Positions 50,459-61,191 are shown, counted from the first letter of the stretch. The stretch is 64,000 nucleotides of DNA from Atribacterota bacterium (GCA_028717805.1 JAQUNC010000003.1:28924-92923), one strand, 5' to 3'. Program-made: numbers and translations. Notes: a model not told the origin generated them from the sequence alone.

Positions 50459-52312
50459 TTAACAGTTTAAAGAATTCTTAAAATTCTTTGTGCCTATTTC
50501 CATACATACATTTTCTAATCCACATCTATTACATTGAGATAATCGGCAATCTTTGGTATTAATTTCTCGGACAGCTTTCTCCCACTCACTCCATAAATAT
50601 TGCTTTTTGACACCGCAATCTATTATATCCCAAGGCAATATTTCTTCTTTCTCCCTCTTGCGATGGGCATAAAAAGAAACATTTAAATCATATTTTTTAA
50701 AAGATTCCTGCCAGCCATTAAAATTAAAATGTTCCTGCCAGGAATCAAATTTACATCCTTTTCTATAAGCTTCTTCTAATACATTACCTAATCTCCGATC
50801 GCCTCTAGAGAAAACAGCTTCCAATAATGTTAACCTTACATTAGGAAAATTACAAGTAACATTGCTACTTCTAACAATTCTGGTAATGTAATTAAATTTC
50901 TTTAGTAATTGATCTTCTCTCTCTTGGGCAATCCACTGAAAAGGAGTATGAGATTTAGGAATCAGGGCATTGATGCTAACATTTAATGAAAATTTTCTTC
51001 CTACTTTTTCTCTGCCCATCATTTCTACCTTTTTTATTAATTTAACAATGCCATCAATATCATTCCATGTTTCAGCTGGTAAACCTATCATAAAATAGAG
51101 CTTTACTCTTCTCCAACCCATTTGAAAAGCATATTGTAAAGTGCGATATAAGTCATTTTCACAAACATTCTTATTTATTATTTTATTCATTCTTTCAGTA
51201 CCTGCTTCCGGAGCAAAAGTTAAGCCAGTTTTTCTTACCCTCTGAGTCTGTATTGCTAAATGTACAGAAAAATTGTCTATCCTTAAAGATGGTAAGGAAA
51301 TACCAACTCCTTTATCTTGATAACGGTCAACCATCATTTTTATTAAATTATCAATCTGGCTGTAATCACTGGAACTCAAGGAAGATAATGAAATCTCTTC
51401 ATATCCAGTGTTAACAAAACTGTTTTCGGCTAATTCTAATAAACATTCAACAGATCTTTCTCTGACTGGTCGATATATGAAACCAGCCTGACAAAATCGA
51501 CAGCCACGAGTACAACCTCTAAATATTTCTAAAGTAATTCTATTATGAACAATATCTATATTTGGTACAATTGGAGAAATTGGGAAAGCTGCCTGATCTA
51601 TGTTTTTTAATAATCTTTTTTTTATTTTTAATGGAGCTTTTTTTTCAGTTTTCAGATAGGACTTTATCCTGCCATCAGGATGATATTCTACCTTATAAAA
51701 ACCTGGAATATAAACACCAGTTATATCTACAAGTTTAGTTAAAAGTTCTTTTTTATTTTTTGGCTCCCTTTTCTTTGACCATTCTTTATAAACATCTATA
51801 ATCTCGTGAATAATTTCTTCTCCATCACCGATAACAAATAAATCTATAAAATCAGCTAATGGTTCAGGATTAAAAGCAGAAGGACCACCTGCAATTATTA
51901 AAGGATTTGTTGTATCTCGTTCAATGGAACGTAAAGGTATTTTTCCTAAATTGAGAATATTTAGAACATTAGTATAGCTTAATTCATACTGTAAGCTAAA
52001 ACCAATAATATCAAATTCACTTAAAGGTCTAAAGCTCTCCAGAGAAAAAAGTGCCATTTCTTCATTAATTAAACATTTTTCTAAGTCAACTGCGGGTGAG
52101 TAAACTCTTTCTGCCCATGAATCTTCACGCTTGTTTATGATATCATATAGAATTTTAAAACCCAAATAACTCATGCCTATCTCATATAAATCTGGAAAAG
52201 CTAGGGCTATTTTAATCAATTGAGAATCATTTTTCTTTACAATTTCATTATATTCTTTGCCTGTATACCGACCTGGTTTTTCTACTTTTTCTAATATTCT
52301 ATTGATTATCAT
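50459..52312 (-). CDS. B12-binding-domain radical SAM protein (TIGR03960-like)
   Basis: 617 aa with radical SAM cluster motif GCTRGCRFCQAG (CxxxCxxC) and an N-terminal B12-like domain. Confidence 0.8.
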   Translation of the reverse strand: MIINRILEKVEKPGRYTGKEYNEIVKKNDSQLIKIALAFPDLYEIGMSYLGFKILYDIINKREDSWAERVYSPAVDLEKCLINEEMALFSLESFRPLSEFDIIGFSLQYELSYTNVLNILNLGKIPLRSIERDTTNPLIIAGGPSAFNPEPLADFIDLFVIGDGEEIIHEIIDVYKEWSKKREPKNKKELLTKLVDITGVYIPGFYKVEYHPDGRIKSYLKTEKKAPLKIKKRLLKNIDQAAFPISPIVPNIDIVHNRITLEIFRGCTRGCRFCQAGFIYRPVRERSVECLLELAENSFVNTGYEEISLSSLSSSDYSQIDNLIKMMVDRYQDKGVGISLPSLRIDNFSVHLAIQTQRVRKTGLTFAPEAGTERMNKIINKNVCENDLYRTLQYAFQMGWRRVKLYFMIGLPAETWNDIDGIVKLIKKVEMMGREKVGRKFSLNVSINALIPKSHTPFQWIAQEREDQLLKKFNYITRIVRSSNVTCNFPNVRLTLLEAVFSRGDRRLGNVLEEAYRKGCKFDSWQEHFNFNGWQESFKKYDLNVSFYAHRKREKEEILPWDIIDCGVKKQYLWSEWEKAVREINTKDCRLSQCNRCGLENVCMEIGTKNFKNSLNC

Positions 52313-52380
52313 CCTGTATTTTTTACTATTTATGCTCTTTCTGTTTATTATCTTCTATCACCTTTCCCTGATTAAAATAA

Positions 52381-53529
52381 TTAAGTAAAGATACTTCTTA
52401 AATGTATATTAAGCAGCAATCCTATAGCAATAAAGTTAGTAATCATAAAAGTACCGCCATAACTGATAAATGGCAATGGCAAACCAGTCGCTGGCATCAA
52501 ACCCATAGACATCCCTATATTAATCAAAATATGAACAAACATAAAAGAAGTAACTCCAGTAGCCATAAAAGTCCCTAATAAGTCAGGTGCTTCCTGAGCA
52601 ATTCTAATTCCTTTCCGTAATACTAAAATAAATAGGGATAACAATAATAGTGCACCAATGAATCCTAATTCTTCCCCAATAACAGAAAAAACAAAGTCAG
52701 TGTGTTGTGCTGGTAAGAATTTTAATTGGCTTTGAATGCCACTAAATAGCCCTTGACCAAATAGTCCACCGGAACCAATTGCTACTTTTGATTGAATAAT
52801 ATTATACCCTGCACCTAAGGGATCCATTTCTGGATTTAAAAAAAGTATTATTCTATTTCTCTGGTAATCCCTTAAAAAAGACCAGATAATTGGAAATAAG
52901 GATAGTAATATCAAAAAAACTATAATAATATATTTCCAACTAATCCCTGTAATAAAAATCATAAATAAGGTAATAGCAAAAAAAACCATTGCCGTGCCTA
53001 AGTCTGGTTGCTTATATATTAATAACATTAATAATCCGGTAAATAAAAAGGGTAAAGTAAAATAAAGAAAATCAGAAAGCTTATCTTTTTGCCGACTTAA
53101 AAAATCTGATAAAAAAATAATTAAGGCAATCTTGGCGAACTCTGCAGGTTGAAATCTATTACCTGCTAACTGAATCCAACGTCGTGAACCTCCAGTTTCT
53201 TTTCCAGAAATAAGTACATAAACAAGTATAATTATGGACAGAAAATAAAGTGGAATAGCAATTTTGGATATATCATGATAATCAATTATAGCTACAAAAA
53301 AACAAAAAAATAAACCAACCAATATATATATTAATTGGCTCTTAGTAAATTGGATTGCTCCCTCATTAACAATTTCCTGATGTGTGGTGCTATAAATAAC
53401 CAATAAACCTAAAATACAAAGATCTATAACTGAAAATATAAGAGTATAATCAATATGTTTAACTAAACGAAGATTCTGATTTAAAAATGATTTATCTGAT
53501 AAAAAATGCGATGATTTTATCTCTGGCAT
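52381..53529 (-). CDS. rodA: SEDS-family peptidoglycan glycosyltransferase RodA
   Basis: 382 aa, 10 TM. FtsW/RodA motifs (QPAEFAKI, DFVFSVIGEELGFIG). Confidence 0.9.
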   Translation of the reverse strand: MPEIKSSHFLSDKSFLNQNLRLVKHIDYTLIFSVIDLCILGLLVIYSTTHQEIVNEGAIQFTKSQLIYILVGLFFCFFVAIIDYHDISKIAIPLYFLSIIILVYVLISGKETGGSRRWIQLAGNRFQPAEFAKIALIIFLSDFLSRQKDKLSDFLYFTLPFLFTGLLMLLIYKQPDLGTAMVFFAITLFMIFITGISWKYIIIVFLILLSLFPIIWSFLRDYQRNRIILFLNPEMDPLGAGYNIIQSKVAIGSGGLFGQGLFSGIQSQLKFLPAQHTDFVFSVIGEELGFIGALLLLSLFILVLRKGIRIAQEAPDLLGTFMATGVTSFMFVHILINIGMSMGLMPATGLPLPFISYGGTFMITNFIAIGLLLNIHLRSIFT

Positions 53530-53550
53530 AAGAATCCTCTTTGAATAATA

Positions 53551-55350
53551 TTAAAATTGCTCAGCTTTAGCTATTTGATTATATTTTAGTTGAAAATATT
53601 TTCTTATAATGTTACCAGCAAGAGGAGCAGCGACAGTGCTTCCATCTCCTCCATGTTCTATCAGTACGGTAACACATATTTCGGGATTATCATAAGGAGC
53701 AAAACCAATAAACCAGGCATGATTCTCTCCCTGTGGATTCTGAGCAGTGCCTGTTTTCCCGGCAATTTTTATCTCTTCAATATTTGCCAAACGCCCAGTT
53801 CCGTTCTCAACAACCTTTTTCATACCCTCTTTGATAATTTGAAAGGTATTTTGAGATATATCAATTTTATTTATTAATTGCGGTTCAAATTCCTTTATAA
53901 TTTCTCCAGACTGGGAAATAATTTTTTCAACATGATAGAATCTAAAAAATAAGCCTTCATTAGCAATTAAACTGAGCATATTATGAATTTGTAAAGGCGT
54001 AACCAGCAAAAATCCCTGACCAATAGACATATTAACAGTATCACCAGGATACCAAGACTGGTTATAAAAATCTCTTTTCCAATCTTCTGAAGGTACCAAC
54101 CCTTCCAGCTCTCCTGGTAAATCTATACCGGTCTTTTCACCAAGTCCTAATAACTTTGTATAATAATTTAGTTTGTCAATGCCTAACTTTTGTCCGATGG
54201 TATAAAAAAATACATTACATGAATTAGCAATTGCTTCAATTATAGCCTGTTTGCCATGCCCGCTTTCTTTCCAGCATTTAAATGATAGATCTCCAACCTG
54301 ATAATATCCCGGACAATAGATGCTACTACCCAAGTTTACGATCCCTTCTTCTATAGCGGCAATAGCAGTAATGACTTTAAATACTGAACCTGGGGGATAA
54401 ATACTGTGTAGATTGCGATTACATAAAACATTATCTTTATTTTGAGCAATTTCTTGCCATTGTGCTGTAGTCATTTGCTGAGTAAAAATATTAGGATTAT
54501 AATCTGGATAGCTAACCATAGCCAGTATTTTACCTGTAAATGGTTCACTAACTATTACCGATCCTTTCTTTTCAAACATTTGTTGTTCAATATATTGCTG
54601 TAATTCACAATCAAGAGTCAGGTAAATATCATTTCCGGCAACAGGATTTTTAATCTCAATGGTGGTAATTTCTCGACCCAAAGCATCTACTTCAACATCT
54701 TTTTTCCCTTTCTCACCTCTTAAATATGAATCATAATAACGTTCTAATCCTGATTTTCCTACAATATCCCCGCCACTTAGATGACTAAAGGTAGGGGCGT
54801 TTAATTCTTCTTCGCTAATTTCATTGACATATCCCAGCACATGTGATGCTAAATTTTGATAAAGATATTTTCTTTCTGGTTGAACAGTCAACAAGGAACC
54901 TTTAAATTTATACTTCTGTTCTTCTATAGTAATTATCTTATCCTTTTCCAGGTCTCTTTTTATGGTTAAAGCATGGAAGGGATTTTGCTTACTGCTTCTA
55001 ATTTTATCAAGAATGCTAGAAGAATCCATGAATATAATTAAACTAAGATTATCTGACATGGTTTGATAATCACTTATCTCGGCAGGTATTACAGAAAAGT
55101 TTACTGCCGGCCTATTAGTTACTAACAATTTGCCATTCCGGTCATAAACTTCCCCGCGTGGTGCCTCTTCAACTAATGAACGAATACAATTATTAATTGC
55201 TTTTTGTTCAAATTCTTTACCTCTAATTATCTGTAAATACCAGAGATTGATTATAACAATCACAAAACATAAAATTATTAATATAAAAAAATCATTTAAC
55301 CTTTTTTCGGTTATCTCTTTGCTTAATTTCTTACTTTTCTGGCTAAACAT
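53551..55350 (-). CDS. mrdA: Penicillin-binding protein 2 (class B transpeptidase, elongasome)
   Basis: 599 aa. N-terminal TM, dimerisation domain, transpeptidase motifs SVFK (..PGSVFKVITA..), SCN (ANSCNVFF) and KTGT (AGKTGTAQ). Confidence 0.9.
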   Translation of the reverse strand: MFSQKSKKLSKEITEKRLNDFFILIILCFVIVIINLWYLQIIRGKEFEQKAINNCIRSLVEEAPRGEVYDRNGKLLVTNRPAVNFSVIPAEISDYQTMSDNLSLIIFMDSSSILDKIRSSKQNPFHALTIKRDLEKDKIITIEEQKYKFKGSLLTVQPERKYLYQNLASHVLGYVNEISEEELNAPTFSHLSGGDIVGKSGLERYYDSYLRGEKGKKDVEVDALGREITTIEIKNPVAGNDIYLTLDCELQQYIEQQMFEKKGSVIVSEPFTGKILAMVSYPDYNPNIFTQQMTTAQWQEIAQNKDNVLCNRNLHSIYPPGSVFKVITAIAAIEEGIVNLGSSIYCPGYYQVGDLSFKCWKESGHGKQAIIEAIANSCNVFFYTIGQKLGIDKLNYYTKLLGLGEKTGIDLPGELEGLVPSEDWKRDFYNQSWYPGDTVNMSIGQGFLLVTPLQIHNMLSLIANEGLFFRFYHVEKIISQSGEIIKEFEPQLINKIDISQNTFQIIKEGMKKVVENGTGRLANIEEIKIAGKTGTAQNPQGENHAWFIGFAPYDNPEICVTVLIEHGGDGSTVAAPLAGNIIRKYFQLKYNQIAKAEQF

Positions 55351-55353
55351 ACC

Positions 55354-55848
55354 TTAACTCCGCCTTTGAAGATAAGTACATATTTTTCTGATGCTTATAA
55401 AAATAATGGGTGCTAAGATACTATTAATTATCGCTTGCAACACTATATGTTTCATAAAAATTGCTATAAAATTATAATCATTATGTAATGATTCTAGCAA
55501 ATAGTAAATAAGAATATTATTCAAAAAAGTAAACAAAAAAGTTACAATGGTTATTATCCAGAGCAAATGCTGATAGAATATCCTTTCTCTTATTATTCCT
55601 GATATATATCCAATTATTGTTTTTACTAAGGCATGGGTACCTAATAAATTAACCGAAAAAATATCTTTTGCTAGTCCTCCAGTAAAACCGATTATAATAC
55701 CTCCTTCGGAGTTGGATAAAAATGATAAACAGATAATCACAATTAACATCAAATCAGGCTTTACTACATCAAAGGTCAGGATATTTGCCATTACTAATTC
55801 AATTATTAGGGTAAAAAAAATTATTCCTGCTTTGACCCATATCCTCAT
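55354..55848 (-). CDS. mreD: Putative rod shape-determining protein MreD
   Basis: 164 aa, 5 TM, small membrane protein. Its stop is 4 nt before the mrdA start, the classical mreD-mrdA linkage. Sequence similarity alone is weak. Confidence 0.5.
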   Translation of the reverse strand: MRIWVKAGIIFFTLIIELVMANILTFDVVKPDLMLIVIICLSFLSNSEGGIIIGFTGGLAKDIFSVNLLGTHALVKTIIGYISGIIRERIFYQHLLWIITIVTFLFTFLNNILIYYLLESLHNDYNFIAIFMKHIVLQAIINSILAPIIFISIRKICTYLQRRS

Positions 55849-56154
55849 TTTTTTGTCCTTTTTAAAATAATAATTAAAGCACTGTTAGCAGTATATTATT
55901 CTATAGTGAGATGTTTTTAAATATTTATGCTATTGCAAAATATCGTCTTATCTTATAAGACTATAGATGTTTTAATGGTTTGATTCTATTTTTTTGCATT
56001 TTAAATGTGGGAGGAATAAATTTCTCAATCCTTATATTAATTAAGGTTTATTAAAACTTAATGTTCCTAAATTAAGATAATAATTAGCTGTTTTTGATAT
56101 AACTATTTACCATTATAAATTATTATTAACAACCTTTAATGCATCACTAATAAT

Positions 56155-57798
56155 TTATCTTTCTTCCCGAAATAACAACTCAATTTTACCTAATAAGACC
56201 AGCCAGATAAAACAAGGCAACAGAATCGCCCTTTTTAATCTTTTCGGTTCTTTAATTAAGCGAAAAATCCATTCCATACCATGGTTTTGCATCCATAAGG
56301 GAGCTCTTGGTATTTTTCCGGAAAGAACATCAAAGCTTCCTCCTATACCAATGCAAACAGGAACACCTAATTTGTCTTTATATTTATATATCCAAATTTC
56401 CTGTTTTGGCACTCCCATTCCTACCAATAAAAAATCAGGTTTTTTTACTACTATATCTTTTATAATATCACTTTCAATTTCTTGATTACTTCTCTGTATC
56501 GAGATATTATTGAAATAACCATGATGATATCCAACAATTTCAATACCTGGGTATTTCTCTTCTAAATTTTCGACTGCTTTTTTAATAACTTTAGCTTCAG
56601 CACCTAATAAATATATTTTATATTTCTTTTTAACTGCTAGCTGACAAATATAATTAATCATATCAATCCCGGTAATACGTTCTGGCAATGGTTCATTCAG
56701 AAAAGCAGTTGCCCACAATATTCCTGCACCATCTGGTGTAACCAGATCTGCTTTTTTAGCTATATCCAAATACTGTCTATCTTTCCTGGCTCTTAGTATT
56801 GCCAATGTATCCGGAGTAATAACAAAATGAGACTGTCTCTCCTTAACAAATCCATCAATTCGTTCTAAAACTTTATTGCAATTCATCCGATCAATTGGTA
56901 CACCAAATAACTCCACTTTCTGCCTATATTCATCAACATCAATTATACTCTGCCCATTTAGCACTCTTTTGCTTATCCAGTAATAGACAAGGTATCCGGT
57001 TCCAATCATAGCTGTAAATAAATATAAATCCTCTTTAACTGATACAATTACTGCAACAATACTTAAATATATACAGGAAGCTATGATAATCATATTGGCT
57101 CCTTTCCAGGAGAATCCCTGTTCGATCAACTGTTGTCTTAATCTACTCTCACTGACATTTCCCAGATAATCATCTCTTAAATAATTAGCAATGAAAGAAT
57201 AGGAGGTATCAACTATGGGAAATCCTAGAATTAATAGTGGTGTTAAAAGGGTTAAGGCGGCAGTACTTTTTAAAACCCCAACAATAGCAATAATAGCCAA
57301 TATAAATCCAAAAAACATATAATAAGAAGAAAAATAATTATTCTGTTCTAATGTGTTTCTTCTCTTTAATAAAATAATTGCTAAAGAAAAAATAATTAAC
57401 AATGCTGATAATACTTCCGCAATTATTAGTCCCTGTTGTTGAAAAATAGATACAATAAAAAAGGTTAAAGCAGCAATGAAAACAGTGATTGGGGTGATAT
57501 CACCTAATTCATCAGTTTGTCCTATTGAATTAGTAATAGTAAGTAACCATATAATGGTAATTGGTATAGACAGATTATTAAGATACCAATATCCACCAGA
57601 ATAATTTCTTAAAAACTCTATTTTAATTCCAACTGCAATAATTAAAAGCGCTATAATAATTTGAAAAAATACCTTCAATCCAGGAACCAGCTTTTTCTTC
57701 TGGTTATACTTCCCTAACAATATCATTAATATACCAGCAATAAAAATACCTGCAATCTTAATTAGAGAATTAATCCACTCAGACAAAAAGTCCTCCAA
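56155..57798 (-). CDS. Fusion protein: ~290-aa polytopic membrane domain + WecB/TagA/CpsF-family glycosyltransferase
   Basis: 547 aa. The C-terminal 250 aa show the TagA family (VTPDGAGILWAT...LLG...VPKQEIWI...GIGGSFDVLSGKIPRAP). The N-terminus has ~9 TM helices not resembling MraY/WecA. Confidence 0.7.
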   Translation of the reverse strand: MEDFLSEWINSLIKIAGIFIAGILMILLGKYNQKKKLVPGLKVFFQIIIALLIIAVGIKIEFLRNYSGGYWYLNNLSIPITIIWLLTITNSIGQTDELGDITPITVFIAALTFFIVSIFQQQGLIIAEVLSALLIIFSLAIILLKRRNTLEQNNYFSSYYMFFGFILAIIAIVGVLKSTAALTLLTPLLILGFPIVDTSYSFIANYLRDDYLGNVSESRLRQQLIEQGFSWKGANMIIIASCIYLSIVAVIVSVKEDLYLFTAMIGTGYLVYYWISKRVLNGQSIIDVDEYRQKVELFGVPIDRMNCNKVLERIDGFVKERQSHFVITPDTLAILRARKDRQYLDIAKKADLVTPDGAGILWATAFLNEPLPERITGIDMINYICQLAVKKKYKIYLLGAEAKVIKKAVENLEEKYPGIEIVGYHHGYFNNISIQRSNQEIESDIIKDIVVKKPDFLLVGMGVPKQEIWIYKYKDKLGVPVCIGIGGSFDVLSGKIPRAPLWMQNHGMEWIFRLIKEPKRLKRAILLPCFIWLVLLGKIELLFREER

Positions 57799-57949
57799 AA
57801 TATTAAATAAAACAATTATTATTAAACTTGTTTCTTAAAAAAGTTGTACTATGGTCAATTGAATACATTCTAATATCTATGATAAGCAAACTTAGCTTTT
57901 ATAAAAATTCTTAAATTCAAAATTTTTATAATTAAAATATTTAACTATA

Positions 57950-58939
57950 TTATTTACTAAATCTCTCCTGTAGCTTAAACCATTCTACTGTTTTCCTCAA
58001 TCCTTCTGCTAAACCATATTGAGCCTTCCATCCTATTTTTTGCTCTGCTAAATTACTATCTAGAATATTCTTTCTTAAATCTCCAATCCGAGGGGGACCA
58101 TGTATTGCCTTTTTGTTAAATCCTATTATTCCTTGCAAAGAAGAATAAAGCTGATTTACTGATATTCCCATACCTGTTCCAACATTAACAGAATTAAAGA
58201 TTTTTTTTATTGTTTTTTTATTTTTTAACTCTGCTAATTTTAACATATTTTTTATACTGAGTAAACAAGCGTTAGCAATATCTTTTACATAGATATAATC
58301 TCTAATATATTCACCATCGCCATTAATAATAGGGGGCTCTCCTTTTAACATTTTCGCTATAAAAATAGCAATAACGCCAGCTTCACCTAAGGGATCCTGT
58401 CTTGGTCCATACACATTACCATAGCGTAAAGAAATATATTTTAAGTTATAGGTTCGATAATAAAAATCAAGGTAAAATTCAGAAGCCATTTTAGAAATTC
58501 CGTAAGGAGAAGTGGGATAAAGAGGAGCATTTTCCACAATAGGAAGTGATTTACATTCTCCATACACTGTTCCACCACTGGAAGCAAAAACAATACCTTT
58601 TACTTTATTCTCCAAAGAATTTTCCAATAAATTTAATAATCCTATAATATTACATTGGGCATCCAATTTAGGATTATGGACTGAATAGGAAACACTTACT
58701 TGAGCAGCTTGATGGCAAACATAATCTGGTTTCTCAGTATTAAAAATTTCTTTTATACAGGGATCACTAATATTAATCTGATAAAAACGAGCTTTTGGAT
58801 TAATATTTTCCTTCTTTCCAGATGATAAATCATCTATAATTATCAGTTCATAACCATTATTAATTAATAAATCAACAATATGCGATCCAATAAATCCGGC
58901 ACCTCCGGTAACCAAGACTTTCTTTCTTCTGGCCGACAT
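57950..58939 (-). CDS. NAD-dependent nucleotide-sugar epimerase/dehydratase (GalE/WbpP-like)
   Basis: 329 aa. VLVTGGAGFIGSH Rossmann motif, catalytic YGISK. Confidence 0.9.
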   Translation of the reverse strand: MSARRKKVLVTGGAGFIGSHIVDLLINNGYELIIIDDLSSGKKENINPKARFYQINISDPCIKEIFNTEKPDYVCHQAAQVSVSYSVHNPKLDAQCNIIGLLNLLENSLENKVKGIVFASSGGTVYGECKSLPIVENAPLYPTSPYGISKMASEFYLDFYYRTYNLKYISLRYGNVYGPRQDPLGEAGVIAIFIAKMLKGEPPIINGDGEYIRDYIYVKDIANACLLSIKNMLKLAELKNKKTIKKIFNSVNVGTGMGISVNQLYSSLQGIIGFNKKAIHGPPRIGDLRKNILDSNLAEQKIGWKAQYGLAEGLRKTVEWFKLQERFSK

Positions 58940-58992
58940 CGATTCTCTCCTTATTAGTTAATCTTCATATATTTTATTAAAGTATCAACAAT

Positions 58993-59928
58993 TTAAATAA
59001 ACCAGGCAATACTTAAAGCAATTATACTACAAATAAAACTTATAGACATTAGAATTAAAACAACATTACGATGAGAAATTCCTCTCTTTAACAATCGGTG
59101 GTGCAAATGACCTTGGTCTGCTTGAAAAATGGGCTTATGGCTTCTGTATCTGCGCCATATAGCAAAAAAAGTATCAATTATAGGTAAGGCTAAAATAATA
59201 ACTGGAATTATAAAAAATATTACCTTCTCTGAGTAAATTACCCATAATGAAGAGGTAGAAGCTATAAGGAATCCCGAAAATGTACTTCCAGAATCTCCTA
59301 AAAATATCTGGGCTGGATAGAAATTATAACGAAAAAAAGCAATAATACTACCCAAAAGTGCTGCATTTAGAAGGTTATATACTTGAAAGCTTTTATCAAC
59401 TAAAAACCCTAACATTAAAAAAGCAAATAAGGAAATCACCGATATTCCGGAAGCCAGGCCATCTAATCCGTCAATTAGATTAATTGAATTAGTAATCCCA
59501 ACAATCCATAATAACAATATAGGATATAATAGATATCCCATGATATTTAAAAAGGATAATTTTTGAATTATAAACTGGATAATTAGATCATTATGATAAG
59601 CAATAAATAATAGAGCTGGCATCATTTGAATTACAAATTTTTTCAGGGGTTTTAAATCAGCAATATCGTCCACAATACCTAACAATAGAATGATAATACT
59701 TCCTGCAATCAATGCCCTTACTTGCTCTGGAAAAGATACAAATAATAGTATACTAAATAGAAAACCAAAAAAAATAACCAGTCCCCCAAGATTGGGAATA
59801 GCATCACTATGTATTTTGCGATATCCGGGTTTATCTACAAAATTTTGCTTTTTCCCTAACCGAGCAATAAAAGGAGTAATAATATAAGAAATAAAAAAGG
59901 CAGTCAATATTACTTTGGTAAAAAACAC
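58993..59928 (-). CDS. tagO: Glycosyltransferase family 4 polyprenyl-phosphate GlcNAc-1-phosphate transferase (TagO/WecA/MraY family)
   Basis: 311 aa, 10 TM. DDxxD-like GIVDDIADL, NSINLIDGLDG, and a C-terminal HHRL motif typical of WecA/TagO. Confidence 0.8.
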   Translation of the reverse strand: MFFTKVILTAFFISYIITPFIARLGKKQNFVDKPGYRKIHSDAIPNLGGLVIFFGFLFSILLFVSFPEQVRALIAGSIIILLLGIVDDIADLKPLKKFVIQMMPALLFIAYHNDLIIQFIIQKLSFLNIMGYLLYPILLLWIVGITNSINLIDGLDGLASGISVISLFAFLMLGFLVDKSFQVYNLLNAALLGSIIAFFRYNFYPAQIFLGDSGSTFSGFLIASTSSLWVIYSEKVIFFIIPVIILALPIIDTFFAIWRRYRSHKPIFQADQGHLHHRLLKRGISHRNVVLILMSISFICSIIALSIAWFI

Positions 59929-60057
59929 AGGAGATTTTTTCTCCTTCTTCTCTAAATATTTTTCTCTTAATAAATTTTACTTACAATTTAAATTATACCA
60001 TCAAATTCTTCTAGATTCCCTAAAAACTATTCTATATGTTAATTAGGTAAGAAAAGT

Positions 60058-61191
60058 TTATTTACTAAAAAATAACCGTTCTGCATTATCATGATAAATC
60101 ATTCTCAATGTCTCATCATCAAGATTTAAACCTCGATAAACTCTGGATGTATCAACATTATTACGAGCATCTTTTGACATCATGTTATATATGCTGGAAG
60201 GAAGGATAAAGTCTTCTTTTTCCAGTAAATCCATATAAGCTAAATGTACATCATCAATAAAAGCCCTATTCTTGGCTCTATAGGTAGTTATCACTAGATC
60301 AGTTCCATAGGTTATTCTATCCTTATAAGTTACCATAAAGTCATGAAATGCACTATAATTATTGGAAATTCTACCAAATCCAGCAACTAAGAAATCGGGA
60401 TATCCAAAGCTAATATCAAGATATAATTGGGGATATTCTCGCATAAAATAATCTAAGCGAGTCAAATTACTGGTTGAGAGCATAAAATGAGGAGCAATTA
60501 TGGTTAATTGTGGAAATTCCTGTAAAATATGCTCAAATTCTGTTGAAAAACGTCCAATATTAATATGATAAAGTATAGGAATGTGTTCTTGTTCACAATA
60601 AGCATATATTTCCATCATTCCAGAATCAATTAGAGACATCTGAAAAAATAAATCATAAAAACTACCATGTCCATTATATAGTTTGACCCCGGCTACTCCA
60701 TTCTTTATATAATTTTTTAATTTTACCATCTTATTTTCATCACAGGGATCCAGAGTTACCAAGGCAGCAAATTTATCAGGATATTCTTGACTCAATTTAA
60801 TAATAAACTCGTTGTTTTCCTCGTAACCGGTAAAGCCATAATCAGGATTTAAGAAAAAGGTAAAATCAGAGGTTCCCAGTAATACCATCTTTTTAATCTG
60901 ACAATCTTCCATAGCTTTTTGAAGCAGAGGTATATTTTTTTCATTTTGCACATGTTCATGAGCATTGATAATATGAAAATTATCTCTTCTATTCTTAACT
61001 GCTTCTGATATATTTGCGATTTGGCTAGACGGACTATTATCAATCCATGATATTGGTAATAAGCCTCTCTGTCTTAATCCGATAAACAATAATACTATGA
61101 TAACAATGACACTAATAGTATAGAAAAGAATATCAAAAAACTTTTTTTTATAGTGATTACTTTTCTTAAATATTTTTTCTTTTTTTACCAT
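60058..61191 (-). CDS. Membrane-anchored metal-dependent TIM-barrel hydrolase (amidohydrolase_2 family)
   Basis: 377 aa. N-terminal TM, then INAHEH (HxH metal site), ...APHF..., YGTD. Pattern of PF04909-type hydrolases. Confidence 0.7.
   Translation of the reverse strand: MVKKEKIFKKSNHYKKKFFDILFYTISVIVIIVLLFIGLRQRGLLPISWIDNSPSSQIANISEAVKNRRDNFHIINAHEHVQNEKNIPLLQKAMEDCQIKKMVLLGTSDFTFFLNPDYGFTGYEENNEFIIKLSQEYPDKFAALVTLDPCDENKMVKLKNYIKNGVAGVKLYNGHGSFYDLFFQMSLIDSGMMEIYAYCEQEHIPILYHINIGRFSTEFEHILQEFPQLTIIAPHFMLSTSNLTRLDYFMREYPQLYLDISFGYPDFLVAGFGRISNNYSAFHDFMVTYKDRITYGTDLVITTYRAKNRAFIDDVHLAYMDLLEKEDFILPSSIYNMMSKDARNNVDTSRVYRGLNLDDETLRMIYHDNAERLFFSK

Noticed and set aside
55849-56154. 306-bp gap upstream of mreD considered as a decayed mreC or a small RNA locus
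   Set aside because: Too short for mreC (~840 nt), and no in-frame MreC-like peptide segments were seen on either strand. Most plausibly it is the promoter and 5' UTR of the mreD-mrdA-rodA operon.
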